NCBI GenBank assembly: GCA_028280115.1
Contig: JANQMJ010000021.1
Coordinates: 85,893 to 149,892 of the forward strand
Direction: 5' to 3'
Length of the DNA stretch: 64,000 bases
Source of the DNA: Parvularculaceae bacterium
Lineage (GTDB): Bacteria; Pseudomonadota; Alphaproteobacteria; Caulobacterales; Parvularculaceae
A program made the position numbers and the translations under genes. The notes under the pieces are model-generated. The model ran no database searches. It worked only from the letters and a program-made list of their open reading frames with translations, and was not told where the DNA came from. Shown one piece after another: positions 26,495-38,372 of this stretch. Within the stretch, counting starts at the first letter, position 1. Each line of letters begins with the position of its first letter.

Positions 26495-27709
26495 ATGCGA
26501 CGAGTAGTCATCACTGGAATGGGCGTTGTTTCATCGATCGGCGGCAATGTCGAAGAGACCGCCGCGTCGCTGCGCGGCGGCGTATCGGGTCTTTCCTTTT
26601 CGCCGGATTTCGCCGAGCACGGCTTTCGCAGCCAGGCCTGGGGTCGGCCGAAACTCGATCCGGAAGAAGCGCTGGACCGTCGCACGCGGCGCTTCATGGG
26701 CGAAGGCGCGGCCTGGAACTATATCGCCATGCAGGAAGCGATCGCCGACGCGGGCCTTGATGAAAATACGATCAGCCATCCGATGACCGGCATCATCATG
26801 GGTTCAGGCGGGCCCTCGACCCGCGCCGTGGTCGAGGCGGCGGACAAGACGCGCGCCCATGGCGGCACCAAAAAAATCGGTCCGACCGTCGTGCCCAAAG
26901 CCATGTCGTCGACCAATTCGGCCACGCTCGCCGTGCCGTTCAAGATTCTCGGCGTCAACTATTCGATATCGTCGGCCTGCGCGACGTCGGTGCACTGCGT
27001 CGGCGCGGCCGCGGAACAGATCATGTGGGGCAAGCAGGATGTGGTCTTCGCCGGCGGCGGCGAAGAACTCGACTGGACGCTGGCCAATCTCTTCGACGCC
27101 ATGGGCGCCATGTCCACAGGCTTTAACGAAACGCCGGCCGTCGCCAGCCGCGCCTATGACAAGGATCGCGACGGTTTCGTCATCGCCGGCGGCGCCGGCG
27201 TTGTCGTGCTGGAAGAATATGAGCGCGCAAAAAAACGCGGCGCGAATATCTATGGCGAGATCGTCGGATACTTCGCCAATTCCGACGGCTACGACATGGT
27301 GCAGCTTTCCGGCGAGGGCGCCGTGCGCTGCATGCGCGGCGCGCTGGAAACCGTCAAACAGCCGATCGATTACATCAATCCCCACGGCACGTCGACGCCG
27401 GTCGGCGATCAGAAAGAAACCAGCGCCATTCGCGAAATTTTCGGCGCCGACATTCCGCCCTTTTCCTCGACCAAGTCGCTGACCGGCCATTCCCTCGGCG
27501 CGGCCGGCGCCCATGAGCTGATCTATTGCCTGATCATGATGCGCGATCGGTTTTTGGCCGCCTCTGCCCATATCGACGAAGTCGATCCCGAATTCGCCGA
27601 TCTGCCGATCATTCGCGAGCGCATCGACGACGCCAAGATCGACGCTTTCCTGACCAACAGCTTCGGTTTCGGCGGCACCAATGGCTGCCTCGCCGTCGCG
27701 CGGATCTAG
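26495..27709 (+). CDS. fabB: beta-ketoacyl-ACP synthase I
   Basis: [16 protein letters not shown], active-site [16 protein letters not shown], and NSFGFGGTN. Confidence 0.93.
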   Translation: MRRVVITGMGVVSSIGGNVEETAASLRGGVSGLSFSPDFAEHGFRSQAWGRPKLDPEEALDRRTRRFMGEGAAWNYIAMQEAIADAGLDENTISHPMTGIIMGSGGPSTRAVVEAADKTRAHGGTKKIGPTVVPKAMSSTNSATLAVPFKILGVNYSISSACATSVHCVGAAAEQIMWGKQDVVFAGGGEELDWTLANLFDAMGAMSTGFNETPAVASRAYDKDRDGFVIAGGAGVVVLEEYERAKKRGANIYGEIVGYFANSDGYDMVQLSGEGAVRCMRGALETVKQPIDYINPHGTSTPVGDQKETSAIREIFGADIPPFSSTKSLTGHSLGAAGAHELIYCLIMMRDRFLAASAHIDEVDPEFADLPIIRERIDDAKIDAFLTNSFGFGGTNGCLAVARI

Positions 27710-27719
27710 TACCGCGCCG

Positions 27720-27908
27720 ATGCCCGAGCACCCGCTCTATGCGGCGATCGCCGCGGCGGTCGTCGCCTGTATCGGGCTCTGGTGGTTTCGTCTCGTGCTC
27801 GGCGGTATTAGAAAACAGCCCAAAGCCACGCGTTATGGAATTTACGCCCTGGTCTGGCTCGCCTATTTCATTTTGACGATGATCTTGATCGGCCAGGCGC
27901 AACAGTAA
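27720..27908 (+). CDS. hypothetical small 2-TM membrane protein (62 aa)
   Basis: Trimmed to MPEHPLYAAIAAAVVACIGLWWF...IYALVWLAYFILTMILIG. It fills the fabB-fabI gap exactly. No homology recognised. Confidence 0.4.
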   Translation: MPEHPLYAAIAAAVVACIGLWWFRLVLGGIRKQPKATRYGIYALVWLAYFILTMILIGQAQQ

Positions 27909-27922
27909 AAGGATCGGACCTT

Positions 27923-28744
<822 letters not shown>

Positions 28745-28817
28745 GTCCTTCGGCGCTCTTTCGAGCCGGATGCGGAGCCTGCATCCAACGCTGTTTTGCG
28801 CAAACGCGGTTTGGTCG

Positions 28818-29684
28818 TCAGATATTCCCATCAGCCCGCGCGAGCGCGGCGAAATCCCAGACCCTGTCATCGGCAAGGTGGCTCAGGCGCACATTCTGAA
28901 GCGCCCGAAACATCACCTCGCGCCGGCCGGGATGGCGCGTTTCCCAATCCTTGAGCATGTCTTTCATGGCCGCGCGCTGCAGGCCTTCCTGACTGCCGCA
29001 AAGATTGCAGGGAATGATCGGAAATTTCATCGCAGCGGCGAATTTTTCAATGTCGCTTTCCGCGCATTCGATCAGCGGCCTGAGGACGAACAGATCGCCT
29101 TCGTCATTGACCAGCCTGGGCGGCATCGCTGCGAGCCGGCCGCCATGGAACAGGTTCAACATGAACGTTTCCAGCGCGTCGTCGCGATGATGGCCAAGCA
29201 CAATCGCATCGCAGTCTTCCTCGCGCGCGACGCGGTAAAGCACGCCCCGGCGCAGGCGCGAACAGAGCGCGCAATAGGTTGCGCCGTCAGGGACCTTATC
29301 CGTCACGATGGAATAGGTGTCTTCGGTGACAATGCGATGTTCAACGCCGAGGCCGCGAAGATAATCCGGCAGCACATGTTTGGGAAAACCCGGCTGGCCC
29401 TGATCGAGATTGCAGGCGAGCAGCGAAGCCTTGAGCGCGCCCTGCCATTTAAGATCGAGCAGCGCGGCGAGCAGGGTGTAGCTGTCCTTGCCGCCGGAAA
29501 GACAGACCAGCCATTTTTGCGGCGCGCCGTCGGAGCGCGGGGCGTCCATGCCGAAACGGGCGATCGCGTCCCGGGTCTGCCGCAGGATGCGCTTGCGCAA
29601 CTTTTTGAAATTCACCGAGGCCGGCGCATCAGCGTAAATGCGCGGCAGATGTTGCTGCAAGAAATCTGCGCCGTCGGCGGACAT
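28818..29684 (-). CDS. ttcA: tRNA 2-thiocytidine(32) synthetase
   Basis: PP-loop CLSGGKDS plus [10 protein letters not shown] and CNLCGSQ cysteine motifs. Confidence 0.9.
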   Translation of the reverse strand: MSADGADFLQQHLPRIYADAPASVNFKKLRKRILRQTRDAIARFGMDAPRSDGAPQKWLVCLSGGKDSYTLLAALLDLKWQGALKASLLACNLDQGQPGFPKHVLPDYLRGLGVEHRIVTEDTYSIVTDKVPDGATYCALCSRLRRGVLYRVAREEDCDAIVLGHHRDDALETFMLNLFHGGRLAAMPPRLVNDEGDLFVLRPLIECAESDIEKFAAAMKFPIIPCNLCGSQEGLQRAAMKDMLKDWETRHPGRREVMFRALQNVRLSHLADDRVWDFAALARADGNI

Positions 29685-29824
29685 GGCGCCGGTGAACCAT
29701 GCGCGGCGCGGTTTGTCACGAGAAAAGAGGCCGACAACGAACGACGCCCGCTATCGGCCCCTTTTGGCGGTGCGGGGAGAGAAATCGACCGCCATGAGGG
29801 CTACGGCGGCGAGGCGGGCTCGGA

Positions 29825-31123
29825 TCACCGCCCCGGCGCGAAATGCGCTTCCAGGAATTCGAGAAAGGCCGGCCAGTCCTCCTTGACCACCCCGTGGGTG
29901 CCCGGCCGGATCCAGAAGGCGAGATCGGCTGACGGCCGCCATTGATCAAGGCGCGTCTGCGCCAGGCCGTCCGCGCCGTAAAGCTTGTAGACCGGATCGG
30001 CGCCCATGGCGGCGCGAAACGCACCATTGGGATCGGACCAGACATCGCGTCGGGCGTTGCCGAGCAGCACGGGCCGGGGCGCGATGAGCGCCAGCAGGAG
30101 ATGCTGATCGACGGGCATGTCGTCTTCCCGCCCGGCATATTCTGCGTAAGCGGACGAAAACCAATGGGGATAGTTGGCGGTAATCGACTTTACGCTTTCG
30201 CCCTTTTTGTTACGATTGAGCGAGGCGCCGCCGGTGCCGGACTGATGCGCGATGACGCCGTCGATGCGATCGTCATAGGCCGCCGCAAGCAGGGCGGCCT
30301 TCGCATATCGCGAATGGCCCCAGGCGATCATCGCATCGCGGTCAAATCGCGGGTCATCCTCAATAGCGTCGACAATGCGGGAATAAAGCCACGCCCATGC
30401 AGCGATGGCGCCCCATCTTGTGCGGTCGTCTTTATGGCCTGCGGAAAGACGGCGCAATTCTTCGCGGCCCTCCTTTCGTCGGTCGGGCATGACGGCGTCG
30501 GGATAAACCGAGACAAGCGCGTAGCCCTGATCGAGAATCGTCTCGATCGGCGGCGTGCAGATATGCCGCCCGAAAACATAGGTCGCAACGCCCCCGATGA
30601 CGCCGCCGCTCAACGACCTGGCGCCTTCGGGTTTTGTCAGCGCCGGATGCGGGATCACGTCCCACCAGGGGCAAAAGGTCTCCATGATGATCGCCGGCGC
30701 CGGGCTGGCGGCGTCGGCAGGCAAAAGGATCTGAATCGGAAATCCGTCGCGCCTGTCCGCTCCCTTAGCGTCAACCGCATCGCCGTTGAATTCAACTTGC
30801 GCCGACAGGGTCCATTCCTCCAGCACGCCCCGGCCGCCGAACGCTGTTTGATCGAGGACGCGCCGCTTAACGACGCTGAGTTCATATCCGTCCGGAAAAA
30901 CGCCGTAGACATCGCGTTCAAATGCTTCGCGCAAGGCGGGCGCGCGGACATTTTCCCAATCCGCAACGCTCGCGACCAGCCCTGCGCCTTCGAACGGGCC
31001 GAGCGCATTGGGCGCGGCGGCCGGTCCGTCAGGGGTCAAATCCGCCCAGGCGAGCGTGAGCTTGGCGCAGGCGGAAAGCGCAAGCGCCGCGATCAAAATC
31101 AGAAAGATGGAAAGGAAACGCAT
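29825..31123 (-). CDS. secreted alpha/beta-hydrolase, CE15 glucuronoyl-esterase-like
   Basis: Signal peptide MRFLSIFLILIAALALSACA. GHSRYAKAAL resembles the G-x-S-R-x-G-K nucleophile motif of CE15 esterases. Confidence 0.6.
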   Translation of the reverse strand: MRFLSIFLILIAALALSACAKLTLAWADLTPDGPAAAPNALGPFEGAGLVASVADWENVRAPALREAFERDVYGVFPDGYELSVVKRRVLDQTAFGGRGVLEEWTLSAQVEFNGDAVDAKGADRRDGFPIQILLPADAASPAPAIIMETFCPWWDVIPHPALTKPEGARSLSGGVIGGVATYVFGRHICTPPIETILDQGYALVSVYPDAVMPDRRKEGREELRRLSAGHKDDRTRWGAIAAWAWLYSRIVDAIEDDPRFDRDAMIAWGHSRYAKAALLAAAYDDRIDGVIAHQSGTGGASLNRNKKGESVKSITANYPHWFSSAYAEYAGREDDMPVDQHLLLALIAPRPVLLGNARRDVWSDPNGAFRAAMGADPVYKLYGADGLAQTRLDQWRPSADLAFWIRPGTHGVVKEDWPAFLEFLEAHFAPGR

Positions 31124-31199
31124 GCGCCCAACCCAATTCGCCGCGCCTATAGTGGGATAGCCCGCCGACAGCGCAACTCACAAGGCGGTAAGGCGGCGC

Positions 31200-31925
31200 T
31201 CAAAGACGCCGGAATATCAGATAGGCCGGCGTGCGGCCTTCCCGGATCGCCTTGGCTTCGTAACGGGTTTGCGGCCAGTCGGCTGGGCGGTTTTTCCAGT
31301 CCGCGGCGCGTTCGGCGGTCCATTCCAGCGCCGGCGCGCCGCGCGCATGCATCAGCGTCCAGGCGATATAATCGGGAATGTCCGAGGCGACGCGCAGCTC
31401 CCCACCGGGCATCAGCAGGCGTGCGGCCTCTTTAAAGAACCACGGGTTGATCATGCGGCGCTTCCAGTGGCGCTTTTTCGGCCACGGGTCGGGAAAAAGA
31501 ACGAAGATGCGCTTGAGCGATCCGCCCGCAAGCGCCTCCATCAAGGGCCGCGCGTCGCCGAAGTGAATGCGGATATTGCCAAGACCTTCGTCTTCGATGC
31601 GCGCAAGCAGTTTGGCGACGCCGTTGACAAAGGGCTCGGCGCCGATCAGACCGACATCGGGATTGTGCGCCGCCTGATAGGCGAGATGTTCGCCGCCGCC
31701 GAAGCCCACTTCGAGCCAGATTTGATCCGTCTGCGGAAAAAGTGTTGTCGGAACGATCGGCCCCGCCTGCGCGGAATCAGGAACCGCAATGCGCGGCAAC
31801 AACGTTTCCATCAGCCGGGCCTGGCGCGGCTTGAGCGGCCGATCCTGCCGCCGGCCATATAGCCGCGCGATATAGTTCTTTTGTTCCATCGCGCCCGGGA
31901 TAATCTCCCGGGCCGCGCGCCTCAA
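31200..31925 (-). CDS. trmB: tRNA (guanine46-N7)-methyltransferase
   Basis: EVGFGGGEHL, FPDPWPKKRHWKRR. The start may be the M at 31889. Confidence 0.9.
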   Translation of the reverse strand: MRRAAREIIPGAMEQKNYIARLYGRRQDRPLKPRQARLMETLLPRIAVPDSAQAGPIVPTTLFPQTDQIWLEVGFGGGEHLAYQAAHNPDVGLIGAEPFVNGVAKLLARIEDEGLGNIRIHFGDARPLMEALAGGSLKRIFVLFPDPWPKKRHWKRRMINPWFFKEAARLLMPGGELRVASDIPDYIAWTLMHARGAPALEWTAERAADWKNRPADWPQTRYEAKAIREGRTPAYLIFRRL

Positions 31926-31991
31926 GCCTTGGACCGCGCGGTGGACGCCGGCGCTGATTTTTCCTACTCATTGCGGGACGGAATGCGCGCC

Positions 31992-32369
31992 ATGTCGAAA
32001 AAGCTTCTCGCCCTGCAGGAAAAATTGCGCCAATTCGCGCTTTCCTTTCCCGAAGCCCATGAGGACCACCCCTGGGGCCATATCGCCGTCAAGGTGCGCA
32101 AGAAGGCGTTCGTGTTCCTGAGCGGCCAGGAACTTTCCGACGGCAAGCTTTCCATGACCATAAAGCTGCCGATCTCCGGCGAGATGGTGCTCGGCCTGCC
32201 CTACATGGAAAAGGCCGGGTACGGGCTGGGAAAGTCCGGTTGGGTCACGATGCGGCTTGGAGCGAGAGACCCGGTCGACCGCGGCATGTTTGAAAGCTGG
32301 ATCGATCAGAGCTACCGCGCCGTCGCTCCGAAAAAGCTGTCAAAACAGTTGGAACCGCTGGCGACATAG
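31992..32369 (+). CDS. MmcQ/YjbR-family DNA-binding protein
   Basis: Trimmed to MSKKLLALQEKLRQFALSFPEAHEDHPWGHIAVKVRKKAFVFL, a typical YjbR N-terminus. Confidence 0.7.
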   Translation: MSKKLLALQEKLRQFALSFPEAHEDHPWGHIAVKVRKKAFVFLSGQELSDGKLSMTIKLPISGEMVLGLPYMEKAGYGLGKSGWVTMRLGARDPVDRGMFESWIDQSYRAVAPKKLSKQLEPLAT

Positions 32370-32417
32370 CCGTCCGACCGCGCATCGATCCGCGATTGCA
32401 TCGTTGGTTCGATCCGG

Positions 32418-33638
32418 TCAAAGCGCGCTTTTGAGCGCGTCGACGAGATCGGTATTTTCCCAGGAAAAGCCGCCATCCGCATCGGGCTCGCGGCCGAAAT
32501 GGCCGTAGGCGGCGGTGCGCGCATAGATCGGCTTGTTGAGACCGAGCGTGCGGCGGATGCCCGAAGGGGACAGATCCATGACCTCGTGCAGGGCGCGCTC
32601 AAGCGCGGCCTCGTCGACCTCGCCGCCGCCATGCAGATCCACATAGATCGACAAGGGATGGGCAATGCCGATGGCGTAGGAAAGCTGGATCGTGCAGCGC
32701 TCGGCGAGTTCGGCGGCGACGACGTTCTTGGCGAGATAGCGCGCCGCATAGGCAGCCGAGCGGTCGACCTTGGTCGTGTCCTTGCCGGAAAAGGCGCCGC
32801 CGCCATGGGGCGCCGCGCCGCCATAGGTGTCGACGATGATCTTGCGGCCGGTCAGCCCGGCGTCGCCGTCCGGCCCGCCGATGACGAACTTGCCCGTCGG
32901 ATTGACATGCCATTCGCAATCGTCGGCGATCGGCAAGTCGGCGACCGATCGCCGGATATAAGGTTCGACGACGGCGCGCACCTTGGCCGAATCCCATTCC
33001 GGATCGAGATGCTGCGTGGAAAGAACAATGGAGGTAATTTCAACCGGGCGGGCGTTGCTGTAGCGCACCGTCACCTGGCTTTTGGCGTCCGGGCCCAACA
33101 CCGCCGCTTCGCCTTCGCGCGCATGGCGCGCCCTGGCGAGGTCTTTGAGGATCTCGTGACTGTAATAGATCGGCGCCGGCATCAGCATCGGCGTCTCGCG
33201 GCAGGCGTAGCCGAACATGATGCCTTGATCGCCGGCGCCTTCCGCGTTCGAGTCCGCGGCGCGATCAACGCCCTGGGCGATATCGGCGGATTGACCGTGC
33301 AGCAGCACCTCGACCCGCGCCTTGTCCCAGTGAAAGCCGTCCTGTTCGTAGCCGATGTCCCGGATGGCGGCGCGGGCGATCTCGATGAACGGTTCCGGTT
33401 GAACGCCGCCGTCGCCATTCATCAGATGGTCCGGCGCGCGCACTTCGCCGGCGACGATGACGCAATTCGTCGTGGCCAGGCACTCGCAGGCGGCGCGGAC
33501 CTGCTGTGCGCTCATGCCGGCCGTTTCCGCTTCGCGGTAAAGAAAATCGACAAACTCGTCAGAGATGCGATCGCAGACTTTGTCCGGATGACCCTCGGAA
33601 ACGCTTTCACTGGTGAAAAGATAGGATGGGCGCGCCAT
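32418..33638 (-). CDS. metK: S-adenosylmethionine synthetase
   Basis: [41 protein letters not shown]. Confidence 0.97.
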   Translation of the reverse strand: MARPSYLFTSESVSEGHPDKVCDRISDEFVDFLYREAETAGMSAQQVRAACECLATTNCVIVAGEVRAPDHLMNGDGGVQPEPFIEIARAAIRDIGYEQDGFHWDKARVEVLLHGQSADIAQGVDRAADSNAEGAGDQGIMFGYACRETPMLMPAPIYYSHEILKDLARARHAREGEAAVLGPDAKSQVTVRYSNARPVEITSIVLSTQHLDPEWDSAKVRAVVEPYIRRSVADLPIADDCEWHVNPTGKFVIGGPDGDAGLTGRKIIVDTYGGAAPHGGGAFSGKDTTKVDRSAAYAARYLAKNVVAAELAERCTIQLSYAIGIAHPLSIYVDLHGGGEVDEAALERALHEVMDLSPSGIRRTLGLNKPIYARTAAYGHFGREPDADGGFSWENTDLVDALKSAL

Positions 33639-33742
33639 GGAAACTGCTGACCTTTATATAAGGAAATGTTTATGTGATCGGGCCATATAACGAAAGCATA
33701 TCGCCCTGTCCAATCGCCGCCCGGCTCGACGCGAAAGGCGCG

Positions 33743-34243
33743 TCAGTGTTTTTTTTCACCCTCCGTCTCGGCGATCGTTTTGACCAAATCGAGCACGCGT
33801 TTTTTTACATGCGGATCGTCGATCGCTGAGAAATACCGGCAGAGCTGCACGCCTTCGGGCGAATTGACCAGTTCCATGAAAGCGTCGCCGGGATCGGACT
33901 CGGTAAAGCCCGCAGGCGCGCCGATCATATCGCCGTAATCGTCATAGAAATACTGGATCGGCACGTCGAGCAGATCGGAAAGTTCGAACAGGCGGCTGGC
34001 GCCGATGCGGTTGGCCCCTTTTTCGTATTTTTGGATTTGCTGAAACGTCAGGCCAAGCGCATTGCCCAAAGATTCCTGGCTGATCCCCAGGATCATCCGA
34101 CGCAGGCGCACCCGCGCGCCCACATGAACGTCCACCGGGTGCGGGCCGCCGCGGCCTCTTGCCCGCGCCGACGAGGCGGTCGCCTTTAAAATTTTTGCAG
34201 GTTTGCGCTTTGCCGCTTTGGCGGCTTTGCTCGCTTTGGCCAT
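33743..34243 (-). CDS. XRE-family HTH transcriptional regulator (conserved metK-lnt neighbour)
   Basis: Lys/Ala-rich N-terminus, then VGARVRLRRMILGISQESLGNALGLTFQQIQKYEKGANRIGASRLFEL. Confidence 0.8.
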   Translation of the reverse strand: MAKASKAAKAAKRKPAKILKATASSARARGRGGPHPVDVHVGARVRLRRMILGISQESLGNALGLTFQQIQKYEKGANRIGASRLFELSDLLDVPIQYFYDDYGDMIGAPAGFTESDPGDAFMELVNSPEGVQLCRYFSAIDDPHVKKRVLDLVKTIAETEGEKKH

Positions 34244-34344
34244 ATTCTAACCCCGATATGACAGCCGTTCTGGCTGTTTGAGCGTCTAACCCGTTGTCTT
34301 TTATAGAAGGATTTAGAGCCGCGCGCAAAGGTTGCAAGCAGGCG

Positions 34345-35961
34345 TCACAGACGCGCGCCCCGGCGGCCGCAGGCGCGCGCCGCGAAAAGACAGGCGATGG
34401 TCATAAGCGCGTATAGCCAATCGCCGATGCGGTCGTATAGCGGGCGCGCCAGGGCGGGCGGCAACGGCGCTTCGATACGGCCGCGCTCATAGAGCTTCAC
34501 CCGCGCCAGAATGCGCCCTTTGGCGTCGATCACCGCGGAAATGCCAGTATTGGCCGAACGCGCCATGGGCAGGCCGGTCTCGATCGTGCGCAGCCGCGCC
34601 TGATCGAAATGCTGGCGCGGCCCAGACGTGTCGCCGAACCAGGCGTCGTTGGTGACCGTCAGGAGCCAGCCCGGACGTTCGCCGCGCGGATAGAGCGCGC
34701 CCGGAAAAATGACTTCGTAACAGATCAGCGGCGCAAAGCTCGGCCCGCCGGCGTTCAAGATCTTCGGCCCCTCGCCGGCGGTAAAGCCGGCGTCGCCATA
34801 GGGCGTCAGCTGGGCCAGACCGATCCTATTGAGGAAATCGTAAAACGGCAGATATTCCCCAAACGGAACAAGATGATGCTTGTCATAGGCGGCAACCGCG
34901 CGGCGGCCTTCCGGCGTTTGCGGAATGACCAGGATGGAGTTGTAATACTGCAGCTCGTCGGCGGCGTCGTAGGCCCGGCGCACGGACCCGGCGATCAGGA
35001 CTGCGTTCTCGGGCAGCTCCTGCGACAACCGGTCGAGCGCCGATTCGGCTTCGTTGAGCAAAGGCGAGCCGTTTTCCGGCCAGATGACGAACAGTCTGGC
35101 GTCTTGCGGAATTGCGCCGGTGGAAAGTTCAAGCTGCCGCGTGAAATTCCGCGCCCACATGCCTTCGGCGATTTTTTCCCGCTGGGGAATGTTTGGCTGC
35201 ACGATGCGCAGGAAGTGTTTTCCATCCGGCGCCGGTTCGGGCAGGGCGAGCCGCACGGCGCCGATCGCGTATAAGACCGCAACGCCCGCGAGCAAGACTG
35301 TAACGCCCGAAAGCGCGCCGATCGACTGACGGGGCTGTCCGAGCCCGGCGGCGGGGGACGCGGCAAGCAGGACAGCCACAAGGCTTAGTCCGTATGCGCC
35401 GTACCAGGCCGCGGTTTGCGCGCCCATGGCCGTACCGGCGAGCGCCTGGCTCGCCAGGTTCCACGGCAGGCCGGTCAGGATATGACCGCGCAGATATTCG
35501 AAAAACACCCAGACCGCCGCGAAAATGAAAATGCGCCCCCAGCCCGCGCGCCACAACAACAGCGAGACGAGCGCCGCGCCGCCGGAAAACAGCGCCAGAA
35601 ACGCCGGCACGCCGAGCACCGCGAAGGGCGACATCCAGGCGAACTGATCGGCCTGGACGAAAAACGAAAACGCCATCCAGTAAACGCCCGCGAGAAAATA
35701 GCCGAAGCCGAAGAACCAGCCCGCCGCAAAGGCGCTGTGACGCGGACGCGGCGACGCCGCGGCGGCGTCGATCAGCAGCACCAGCGCCGAAAAGGCGAGC
35801 GCCATGAGCGGCAGGATGTAGAACGGCGCGAGGGCGAGGGCCCCGGCGATGCCGGCGAAAAACGCGATCAGCGCGCGCCGCCAGCCTGTCGCTGCGATGA
35901 TCCGCCCAGCGACGCGTTCGAGCGCATTGGCCGCCGCTGACGCCGCCTTGGGCTCGTTCAT
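34345..35961 (-). CDS. lnt: apolipoprotein N-acyltransferase
   Basis: Multi-TM N-terminal half plus a CN-hydrolase domain (VIWPE..., ICYEVIFP, TNDAWFG). Confidence 0.9.
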   Translation of the reverse strand: MNEPKAASAAANALERVAGRIIAATGWRRALIAFFAGIAGALALAPFYILPLMALAFSALVLLIDAAAASPRPRHSAFAAGWFFGFGYFLAGVYWMAFSFFVQADQFAWMSPFAVLGVPAFLALFSGGAALVSLLLWRAGWGRIFIFAAVWVFFEYLRGHILTGLPWNLASQALAGTAMGAQTAAWYGAYGLSLVAVLLAASPAAGLGQPRQSIGALSGVTVLLAGVAVLYAIGAVRLALPEPAPDGKHFLRIVQPNIPQREKIAEGMWARNFTRQLELSTGAIPQDARLFVIWPENGSPLLNEAESALDRLSQELPENAVLIAGSVRRAYDAADELQYYNSILVIPQTPEGRRAVAAYDKHHLVPFGEYLPFYDFLNRIGLAQLTPYGDAGFTAGEGPKILNAGGPSFAPLICYEVIFPGALYPRGERPGWLLTVTNDAWFGDTSGPRQHFDQARLRTIETGLPMARSANTGISAVIDAKGRILARVKLYERGRIEAPLPPALARPLYDRIGDWLYALMTIACLFAARACGRRGARL

Positions 35962-35968
35962 GGCCCCT

Positions 35969-36913
35969 CTATTCCGCCGCTTCGCTGGAATTGACCGCAG
36001 CCGGACGGATGCGCACGCGGCGCACCTTGCGAGCGTCGGCCTCGGCGATTTCGAAATCGAGACTGTCGAGCCCAGCGATCACCTCACCCCGCTGCGGCAC
36101 GCGGCCGGCAAGGGAAACCACATAACCGCCGATCGTATCGATTTCATCGTCTTCCGCCATCAGCCGGACGCCGGTCTCTTCGGCGAATTCGTCGAGTTCA
36201 ACGCGCGCGTCGGCGTCCCAGCCTCCGCCGGCGAGCGGCGCGATGGCGGGCGCTTCGTCCTTGTCATGCTCGTCATTGATGTCGCCGACGATTTCCTCGA
36301 CCAGATCCTCAATAGTCACCAGCCCGTCGGTGCCGCCATATTCATCGATCACCAGCGCCATGTGAATGCGCGAAGCCTGCATGCGCAAAAGCAGATCCGT
36401 CACATGCATGGAAGGCGGCACGTAAAGGATCTCACGGCGTATTTTCTTCAGCACCGGGCCTGCCGGCGCGGTCGAATCCGCTTCGTTGTGGCGCCGTTCT
36501 CGCGCCTGCGGCTCCGCGTTAGCGACCAGCCCGACGACGTCCTTGATGTGAACCATGCCGACGGGATCGTCGAGACCGCCGCGATAGATCGGCAGGCGCG
36601 AATGGCCGGCCTCGGCGAATATCCGGATGAGATCGTCAAGCGGCGTGTCGATATCGACAGCGAAAATGTCCGCGCGCGGCGCCATGACGTCGACGACTTT
36701 TTTTTCGTCGAAGGCGACGACGCGCTCGATCATCTCGCGCCGGGCGCTGGGCAGGGTTTCAACCGCCTCGCTGACGCCGTTTTCAATGACCTCCGCGATC
36801 ACGTTCGGTTGCGTTCGCGCCCCGAACAAGGCGCGCAGGCGCGCGATCAACCCCTCGCGCGGTCTACTGTCGCTCGCCCCATTGTCCCCGGGCGCAGGGC
36901 CTTCGCCGCTCAT
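35969..36913 (-). CDS. corC: CBS-domain / CorC_HlyC transporter-associated protein (magnesium/cobalt efflux CorC, TlyC-like)
   Basis: Tandem CBS region (VMAPRADIFAVDID..., HSRLPIY) and a C-terminal transporter-associated domain. Overlaps the ybeY stop by 4 nt. Confidence 0.85.
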   Translation of the reverse strand: MSGEGPAPGDNGASDSRPREGLIARLRALFGARTQPNVIAEVIENGVSEAVETLPSARREMIERVVAFDEKKVVDVMAPRADIFAVDIDTPLDDLIRIFAEAGHSRLPIYRGGLDDPVGMVHIKDVVGLVANAEPQARERRHNEADSTAPAGPVLKKIRREILYVPPSMHVTDLLLRMQASRIHMALVIDEYGGTDGLVTIEDLVEEIVGDINDEHDKDEAPAIAPLAGGGWDADARVELDEFAEETGVRLMAEDDEIDTIGGYVVSLAGRVPQRGEVIAGLDSLDFEIAEADARKVRRVRIRPAAVNSSEAAE

Positions 36914-37395
36914 GCCTTTCGCTCCAGTGGCGGTTGGTAGGGATCGGCGACGCCGAGGCCGGCGAGTATAGCCGCCTCGCGCCGCTCCATCACGGCCGCC
37001 TGTTCATCCGTTTCATGATAATACCCGATCAGATGCAACATGCCATGGACCAGCAAATGGGCGGCGTGTCGCTCCAAGGATATGTTTTTCGCCGCGGCCT
37101 CGTCCCGGCAGGTCTCGAAGGCGAGGGCGATATCGCCGAGATAGCCGTGACCGGGCCATATTCCATCGCCAGGCGCAAAGGAAAGGACGTTTGTCGGCCG
37201 GTCCTGGCCCCGATACTGGGCGTTGAGCTTTGCGACGGCCGCATTGTCGGTGAACAGAACGCAAAGCGGGCGTTTGAGCGTTCCCTCGGCCGCCTCGGCC
37301 GCGTCAAAACAACGCCGCGCCAGCGCTTCGCAATCGAAACCGCGCCAGCCCGGACAGTCTGCCCGCACGTCAACGCTCGTCGCATGGTCGGTCAC
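36910..37395 (-). CDS. ybeY: rRNA maturation endoribonuclease YbeY
   Basis: Zinc motif HLLVHGMLHLIGYYH (HxxxHxxxxxH). Confidence 0.9.
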   Translation of the reverse strand: MTDHATSVDVRADCPGWRGFDCEALARRCFDAAEAAEGTLKRPLCVLFTDNAAVAKLNAQYRGQDRPTNVLSFAPGDGIWPGHGYLGDIALAFETCRDEAAAKNISLERHAAHLLVHGMLHLIGYYHETDEQAAVMERREAAILAGLGVADPYQPPLERKA

Positions 37396-38372
37396 GATTT
37401 CGTTTTCCGGTTGCGCGCTTCCCGGGCGTCATAGGCGTCAACGATGCGCGCAACGAGCGGATGACGAACCACATCGGCGGCGGTGAAGGGGGCCACAGCC
37501 ACGCCCTCAACGTCGGACAATATCGCCAGCGCATCAGCGAGGCCGGAAACCTCTCCATCGGGCAGGTCCGTCTGGGACGGATCGCCGGTCACCGCCATAT
37601 GGGCGCCCTCGCCCAGGCGGGTCAGAAACATTTTCATCTGTTCGCGCGTTGCGTTCTGCGCTTCGTCGAGAATGACCGCGGACCGCGCCAGCGTCCGCCC
37701 GCGCATGAAGGCCACGGGCGCAATCTCTATATCGCCGGCGGTGATCCGGCGCTCCACATAATCCGTGTGCAACATATCATGCAGCGCGTCGTATAACGGC
37801 CGCAGGAAGGGATCGACCTTTTCCTTCATGTCGCCGGGCAGAAAGCCGATGCGCTCGCCGGCCTCAAGCGCCGGGCGGGAGAGAATAATCCGCTCGACTG
37901 CGCCGCTGAGCATCAGGCCCACCGCATGGGCGACGGCGAGATAGGTCTTGCCGGTGCCCGCCGGACCGACGCCGAAGGTCAGATCGTGTTCGGCGAGTTT
38001 TTTGAGATAGGCGGCCTGGTTGGGCGTGCGCGCGGAAATCACCCGCTTAGGCGTCTTGATCGAAACTGTCGCCGATTTCGCCGGCGCCGGCGGATCTTCA
38101 AGCAGCCTGGCGGCGGCGCGCACATCTTCGGCGCCGACGCCTTCACCGCGTTCGAGCCGTGCGTAAAGCGCCGTGAGGGCGCGGATGGCGCGTGCGCGCG
38201 CTTCTCCGGCGCCGCTGACCGCAAAACGATTGCCGCGCGGATCGATACGCACGCCGAGGGCGTTTTCAAGAATAGCAAGGTTGGCGTCATGTTCGCCGGA
38301 AAGGTCGGCGACGAGGCGATTGTCGTCGAAATCGATATGGTCGACGGGACGCGCAGTCTTCTGTTCGCTCAA
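37392..38372 (-). CDS. phoH: PhoH-family ATPase (YbeZ)
   Basis: Walker [13 protein letters not shown] and ILDEAQN Walker B. Lies in the miaB-phoH-ybeY operon with 4-nt overlaps. Confidence 0.9.
   Translation of the reverse strand: MSEQKTARPVDHIDFDDNRLVADLSGEHDANLAILENALGVRIDPRGNRFAVSGAGEARARAIRALTALYARLERGEGVGAEDVRAAARLLEDPPAPAKSATVSIKTPKRVISARTPNQAAYLKKLAEHDLTFGVGPAGTGKTYLAVAHAVGLMLSGAVERIILSRPALEAGERIGFLPGDMKEKVDPFLRPLYDALHDMLHTDYVERRITAGDIEIAPVAFMRGRTLARSAVILDEAQNATREQMKMFLTRLGEGAHMAVTGDPSQTDLPDGEVSGLADALAILSDVEGVAVAPFTAADVVRHPLVARIVDAYDAREARNRKTKS

Noticed and set aside
28768-28797. Weak hairpin GGATGC-ggagcct-GCATCC followed by TGTTTT after fabI, as a possible terminator.
   Set aside because: It has only a 6-bp stem, and the T-run is short and separated from the stem by 5 nt. 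This is too weak to call with confidence.
33639-33742. Possible SAM riboswitch (SAM-II, SAM-V or SAM/SAH) in the metK leader.
   Set aside because: Reading the minus-strand leader, I could not find the conserved AAAGCU-type 3' element or an obvious pseudoknot with the RBS. Only a covariance-model scan (Rfam RF00521, RF01826, RF02885) could decide, so no claim is made.
33745-33760. Homopolymer A8/T8 tracts inside coding regions (33749-33756 in the XRE gene tail, 36694-36701 in corC) as possible slippage sites.
   Set aside because: Both encode Lys-Lys in frame within intact genes. There is no alternative frame with a meaningful product.
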